From contig OZ024742.1 of assembly GCA_964016885.1 (NCBI GenBank), positions 231,074,001 to 231,138,000 on the forward strand: a DNA stretch of 64,000 bases, given 5' to 3'. The notes beneath the pieces were generated by a model. The model saw only the letters and a program-made list of their open reading frames with translations. It searched no databases and was not told where the DNA came from. Origin of the DNA: Eledone cirrhosa. Lineage: Eukaryota. A program made the translations under genes and the position numbers. Shown here piece after piece: positions 57,888 through 64,000 of this stretch; position 1 is the first letter of the stretch, and each line of letters starts with the position of its first letter.

Positions 57888-58315
57888 GTTTCTATGTTTT
57901 AGCACAAGGCCAGCAAATACCCAGTTCATTACTGGTACTTTATTTTATCGACCCCGTAAGGATGAAAGGCAAAGTTAACCTCGGCATATATAATGGTAGC
58001 TAAGATGCTTCCATAGGCGGTATGCTGGTTGAGCACTCTATGCTCCTACGGAGCAGAGTATTATAGGATGGAAAACGAAAAATCAGTGATGCATCGGAAC
58101 TCAATTTATTGCGTGTTACAATTGTTTCCCCGGCGAACAGCTCGAGGTTCTAAAGAAGACATGCTCCGAAATCAATAGACGTGTCCAAGGAACCTGTGGA
58201 TCTAGAGTCAGGTCGATCCACACACAGATCGCACCTCGAACTGTTCGCCGGGGGAAACAATTGTAACAGGCAATAAATTGAGTTCTGATGCATCACTGAT
58301 TTTTCCTTTTCCATT

Positions 58316-58387
<72 letters not shown>

Positions 58388-58454
58388 CATCACAGAATTA
58401 CTACTAACTTGTGACCAATCCTTGTGACAATCACTTTGACCATATATATATGGA

Positions 58455-58762
<308 letters not shown>

Positions 58763-58806
58763 TGATATATATAATATATATATAGAAATGACTTCTACAG
58801 GACTAG

Positions 58807-58842
<36 letters not shown>

Positions 58843-59402
58843 AAAGAAAGAAAGAGAGAGAGAGTGAGAGAGGGAGAAAGGGTGGAAACTGTATGTGTAT
58901 ATATATGTGTGAGGTTGTATCAATCACCCAAGGACCCTGAGAAGGAAGGCCCTTCAGCAATTGTAACTGAAATTTAGACTTTTTACATCGTGATTATTCT
59001 ACTGAATAACTGAATAACCCCTTCCCTACACCACACACACAGACACACCAAAGAAAAGATTAAGAGAATTACGGTCATGTCATTCCATATTTTTTCTTTG
59101 GTATATATATTTTTATCACATATATATTAATACAGAGTCTTATTAGTGATATGTTGTGGATATTGCCGTAACAATCTTACATTTGCCTGTTTTAAATATC
59201 TTTCATAAAATCTCTCACAGGATTTCATCATAGTAGCACACGTAACAGAACGAATATTGCTTCTTATATGATTAAACATTCGAGAAAATTAGCTAAAAAT
59301 TCCCATATTCATCACATTATTAGCATAATACTCACATAGCTATACGTACATGCACAAACACACACACACACATACACACATATACATATAAATATATGCA
59401 TG

Positions 59403-59439
<37 letters not shown>

Positions 59440-59500
59440 ATGTGTGTAGAAAGAAAGAAAGTGACAGAAAGATAGACAGATATATATATTTATATATATT

Positions 59501-59539
<39 letters not shown>

Positions 59540-61419
59540 ACAAACATATGAGATTTATCAAGATGTATATTTAGTTGTTATTAAAAAGGTTTGGCTATTC
59601 TTTTGATAAACTAAATACGAGCTAGATTCAAGTTATAAATGTGTTATAATTATATTTTTTTCTCGAGTGATAAACACTGTTTTTTATTTCTTCTGACAAT
59701 CATACGTTATTAATATATTATTCTGTACGCTACCAAAGACATATATATATGTGTGAGAGAGAGAGAGGGGGATAGAGGCAGAGAGAGAAAGAGAACGATT
59801 CTCTATTAAGGCCAATTTTCAGTCTCCTTACTCGGAAGTTTCGCTTTTTTTCTCTCGGAATCATCGGACAAGACTATTCCTTGCCTGCATATGGAAACAT
59901 TTAGACTGAATTCTTTGTAATTTCTTGGTCTTAATCAATATATAAATTTCTGTATTTCTATTACAACACGTAAAGAAAGAGGAGTAGTTTGACTACCTCA
60001 TACTACTCCTCTCTCTCTTTGCGTCTGTTGCATGTGTGAATATATATTTATATGTGTGTAAAAATGTATGGGTAAAAATGTATGGTGAAAAAAACTATAG
60101 CAAAATAGTGGCTGGCGTTCCATTTGTTATGCTGTGTATGTGTTTATGTGTTTGTCTGAATCTATGTGTGTGTTTGTGTGAATGTATGTCTGAGTGTATA
60201 TTTTGTAAGTGTGTCTGTGTTTAAACGTTTATAGTTATATACTTATACATATAAATGTATGCATATGCACATACACACATACGCGTCAGCATGTTGAAAA
60301 AAATCATAGTAAAGAAAATATCTCTACTATCGTATTGAGTACACATTCTCGCAGCTGTCAATACTAAGCGTATTTATGTGTATGAGAGAGACGGGGAGGA
60401 GAAAGAACTATGAAGCAATGGCAATGAGGGGAAATCTCTACACTCTCCGCAGTACAGCATATCTCTGCTGTGCCTCGTGAACATGGTGGTGAAAGCAATG
60501 CCATGGAATATAGTTAACCACATACGCTGCTTCAAATATTCCACTTCACAGGTTCCTTGCCCATTATTAGCAGAAATGTCTGCTTGGTTTTCTAATAATA
60601 ACTTCCTGGCTTTATAGAGGTGAACATAGGTTTCACATAAGTATAGTTGTTAAATCTCTTATGAATGGTATGTTTACTGTGAAGAAAAAGATATAACATG
60701 CAATTGGAAAATACTTGTCATGAAGGAGAGAGGTTTCTATCGAACAGTTGCCACTGCGTTCACCAAACACTAATTCATAATATTCTGTTTAGGCAGAGAG
60801 CATTTAATTCAAGTATTTCATGTTGTTTGAAAACAAAAATAAAGATACTGTTGTTGAAAACGAATAATCAACGTTAGGTTGATATCGCGAGGCAATGCGG
60901 AACAAATGAGTTGAATCTACTATGTCGATAGAATGGTATCCAGGCATTGTTAAATTCAATGTTTAGTAAGAGCACATGAAGGATTTCTTTAATTCAATGA
61001 ATCTCATATCAAGATAGAGGTAAATTCTATAGTGCTGAAACAATCCAAAGAAACAGTAAATTTTAGGCTAAAACAAATTTCGAAGCAAAATATGATTAGC
61101 TAGCTGTTCTAAATGTAATACACAATACCTGGTTTTCAAAAGAAAGAACACATGAAAATATCAAAACAACAAAAGATAGGAAACACATTAAATTATTAAC
61201 CACCCCACCGAGTTCGCTTTGCTCATGTTGTATTAATGTTTTGGTTACCATATTTCTAATAAGTTTGAACCTTCAATATAATCATCTACCGTTATAAACA
61301 ACTATAAATTTCCAATGACGACTTCAATACCTGTTTTTTCTCAAAGAAATTTTTTTTTTCGTTTCTGCAACTGCCCACTCTCTTCTATCTTTCTATTTCT
61401 TCTTTATTTTCTCATTCTA

Positions 61420-61456
61420 TTCACTGATGAAGGGCTAGCGTCCGAAACGTTAACAC
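61420..61456 (+). ncRNA. HHR-like motif, family C
   Basis: CTGATGA-A-GGGC.TAGC.GTCC-GAAA-CGTTA; stem I weak. Confidence 0.5.
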
Positions 61457-61574
61457 TCTTTTCCCTCTATATCAAGCGTAAAACTAATAATATATTTATT
61501 GTTCGGTGTCGTTTGCGTTTTTAAATCTGTTTGTTGCCTTTTGCATACACACACACAACACACACACAACACAC

Positions 61575-61610
<36 letters not shown>

Positions 61611-62247
61611 ATATACGCATTTTATATCAAATTTCCATCTTGTTTTTTAATCCTTTTTAATTTTGTATCAGTGCGAGGACTCTTCAGAATTTTCAGTGAG
61701 GAAAGCTGGATGTAAGATAGAAAGTATTTTCTCTAGATTTCGAGAGCTCTTCAGCCAACCTTAATTATAAAATTTATAAGATCTTTGTTATAAAGTACAT
61801 AATACTGGTAAAGGAAGACAAACATACACATACAGAAATATATACATACACAAACAGAGTTATGCTCCAGGTTCAAACACATGCAAACACATACGCATTT
61901 ACAAAAACAAACGCATGTACACACATATTCATAACAAGTACAAATAAACACACACAGATTCATACATATACAAAAACAAGAACGCCCACATCCATCAAAT
62001 GCAGTCAAATACACCACAATACATGTATAAATACATACATCAATCATTTGTCTGTAGTACTTTTTTATGTTTGTAATATTAATATTACCATTATATTTAT
62101 TATTTACCATCCTTTTATTATATTTTATTTCGTTAAGTATTATTATTGTTGTTGTTATTGCATGTCACCCTTGAATTAACGAGCACAGCCTGTGGGCCTT
62201 GGATGTGTGGAGTATTTGTTTTTGTTGTTATTATTTCTGTTGTATAA

Positions 62248-62675
62248 GGCAGCGGATTGGCAGTGTCGGTAGAGCATCGGACACTATGCTTTGCAGCATA
62301 GAGTTATGGCCCTTTACACTCTGAGTTCAAATCCCGCTGAGGTCAGATTTGCTTTTCATCCTTACGGGATCGATAAAATAAAGCACCAGTAATCCACTGG
62401 GGTCGATATAATCAACTTTCCCCCGACCCAAAAATTGCTGGCCTCGTGCCTAAAGTAGAAACGATCATTACTGTCGCTATGGTTATTAACGTTTCTGGCA
62501 GTATCGGTAGACGGTCGGACGCCATGCTTTGCAGCATAGAGTTGCTGCCCTTTATGATCTGAGTTCAAATCCCGCCGAGGTTAACTTTGCCTTTCATCCT
62601 TACGGGGTCGATAAAATAAAGTACCAGTAATACACTGGGATAATTGATGGCTTTGTGCCAAAAGTAGAAACAATT
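62248..62675 (+). mobile_element. Two tandem family 1 SINEs
   Basis: A/B boxes and body match consensus. Confidence 0.85.
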
Positions 62676-62787
62676 ATTATCTAACACGCATATCAATGAT
62701 GGCGCGTTGCTTAGTCACACGATCAGCACACGATCGCAAGGTCATCAGATTCCCAGCGAGGTGTTGTGTTCTTGGACAAGACATTTT

Positions 62788-63495
62788 ATTTCACGTTGCT
62801 CCTATAATTCACGTTGCTCCTATAATTCACGTTGCTCCTATATTTCACGTTGCTCCTATAATTCACGTTGCTCCTATAATTCACGTTGCTCCTATATTTC
62901 ACGTTGCTCCTATAATTCACGTTGCTCCTATAATTCACGTTGCTCCTATAATTCACGTTGCTCCTATAATTCACGCTGCTCCTATAATTCACGTTGCTCC
63001 TATATTTCACGTTGCTCCTATAATTCACGTTGCTCCTATATTTCACGTTGCTCCTATAATTCACGTTGCTCCTATAATTCACGTTGCTCCTATAATTCAC
63101 GTTGCGCCTATAATTCACGTTGCTCCTATAATTCACGTTGCTCCTATAATTCACGTTGCTCCTATATTTCACGTTGCTCCTATAATTCACGTTGCTCCTA
63201 TATTTCACGTTGCTCCTATAATTCACGTTGCTCCTATAATTCACGTTGCTCCTATATTTCACGTTGCTCCTATAATTCACGTTGCTCCTATATTTCACGT
63301 TGCTCCTATATTTCACGTTGCTCCTATAATTCACGTTGCTCCTATATTTCACGTTGCTCCTATATTTCACGTTGCTCCTATAATTCACGTTGCTCCTATA
63401 TTTCACGTTGCTCCTATATTTCACGTTGCTCGTATAATTCACGTTGCTCCTATAATTCACGTTGCTCCTATAATTCACGTTGCTCCTATAATTCA
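62788..63495. repeat. 18-bp minisatellite (TTCACGTTGCTCCTATAW, ~39 units) inside a family 2 SINE
   Basis: Head-to-tail units with no spacers; SINE sequence on both flanks. Confidence 0.95.
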
Positions 63496-63685
63496 AACGA
63501 CCAGCCTTGTTACACACCTAATACCCACGCTGAATCTCCTTCAGAACTACGTTAAGGCGGTACACGACATGTCTATGGGATGCTCAGCCCAATACTTGCA
63601 CAATCTGTTCCGTTGATCAAACAACTGGATCATTCATCGTCGGACCCGAGGGAGGTCCTACACACAACATATGTTATTATTATCA

Positions 63686-63965
63686 CTTTCATCCTTACGG
63701 GGTCGATAAAATAAAGTACCAGTAATGCACTGGGTAAATGCTGGCCTTGTGCCTAAAGTTAAAACGATTATTATCACAAGGGCGGTGGATTGGCAGTATC
63801 GGGAGAGGGTCGGACGCCATGCTTTCCAGCATAGTTACGTCCCTTTACGATCTGAGTTCAAATCCCGCCGAGGTTGACTTTGCCTTTCATCCTTACGGGG
63901 TCGATAAAATAAAGTACCAGTAATGCACTGGTTAATTGCTGGCCTTGTGCCTAAAGTAGAAACAA
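63686..63965 (+). mobile_element. Truncated plus full family 1 SINE
   Basis: Full copy at 63781-63964 with TSD attattatcaca. Confidence 0.9.
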
Positions 63966-64000
63966 TTATTATCACATGCTTTACAGCATAGAGTTAGGTC

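Noticed and set aside
62788-63495. CRISPR-like array, or the 306/282/243-aa repeat ORFs
   Set aside because: No unique spacers, no cas genes, eukaryotic context; the ORFs stay open only because the 18-bp unit lacks stops

Overview
AT-rich, microsatellite-dense eukaryotic DNA. The SINE families and the (TA)n/(CA)n/(ACAT)n/(GATA)n load look like an octopus or other coleoid cephalopod; this is an inference, not verified. Only one convincing host coding exon is present: a MATH/TRAF-domain protein at 41240-42361 (+), followed by a GT donor. Almost everything else is mobile DNA: a near full-length degenerate Penelope-like element (PLE; RT + GIY-YIG, direct and inverted pLTRs, minus strand), two RTE-type LINEs, RTE 5'/3' remnants in (ACAT)n, an RLE-type LINE fragment, a non-autonomous Helitron, a hAT MITE and many tRNA-derived SINEs. 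The most striking unexplained signal is about 15 minimal type-I hammerhead ribozyme (HHR) motifs from about 10 unrelated short repeat families. Most sit inside (TA)n tracts and many form fold-back palindromes. One occurs as a 428-bp tandem, retrozyme-like unit carrying an octamer motif. A covarying structured RNA at the 5' end of the RTE remnants and a ~545-bp near-perfect inverted duplication also stand out. All folds were done by eye. Most ORFs in the supplied track are microsatellite artefacts.
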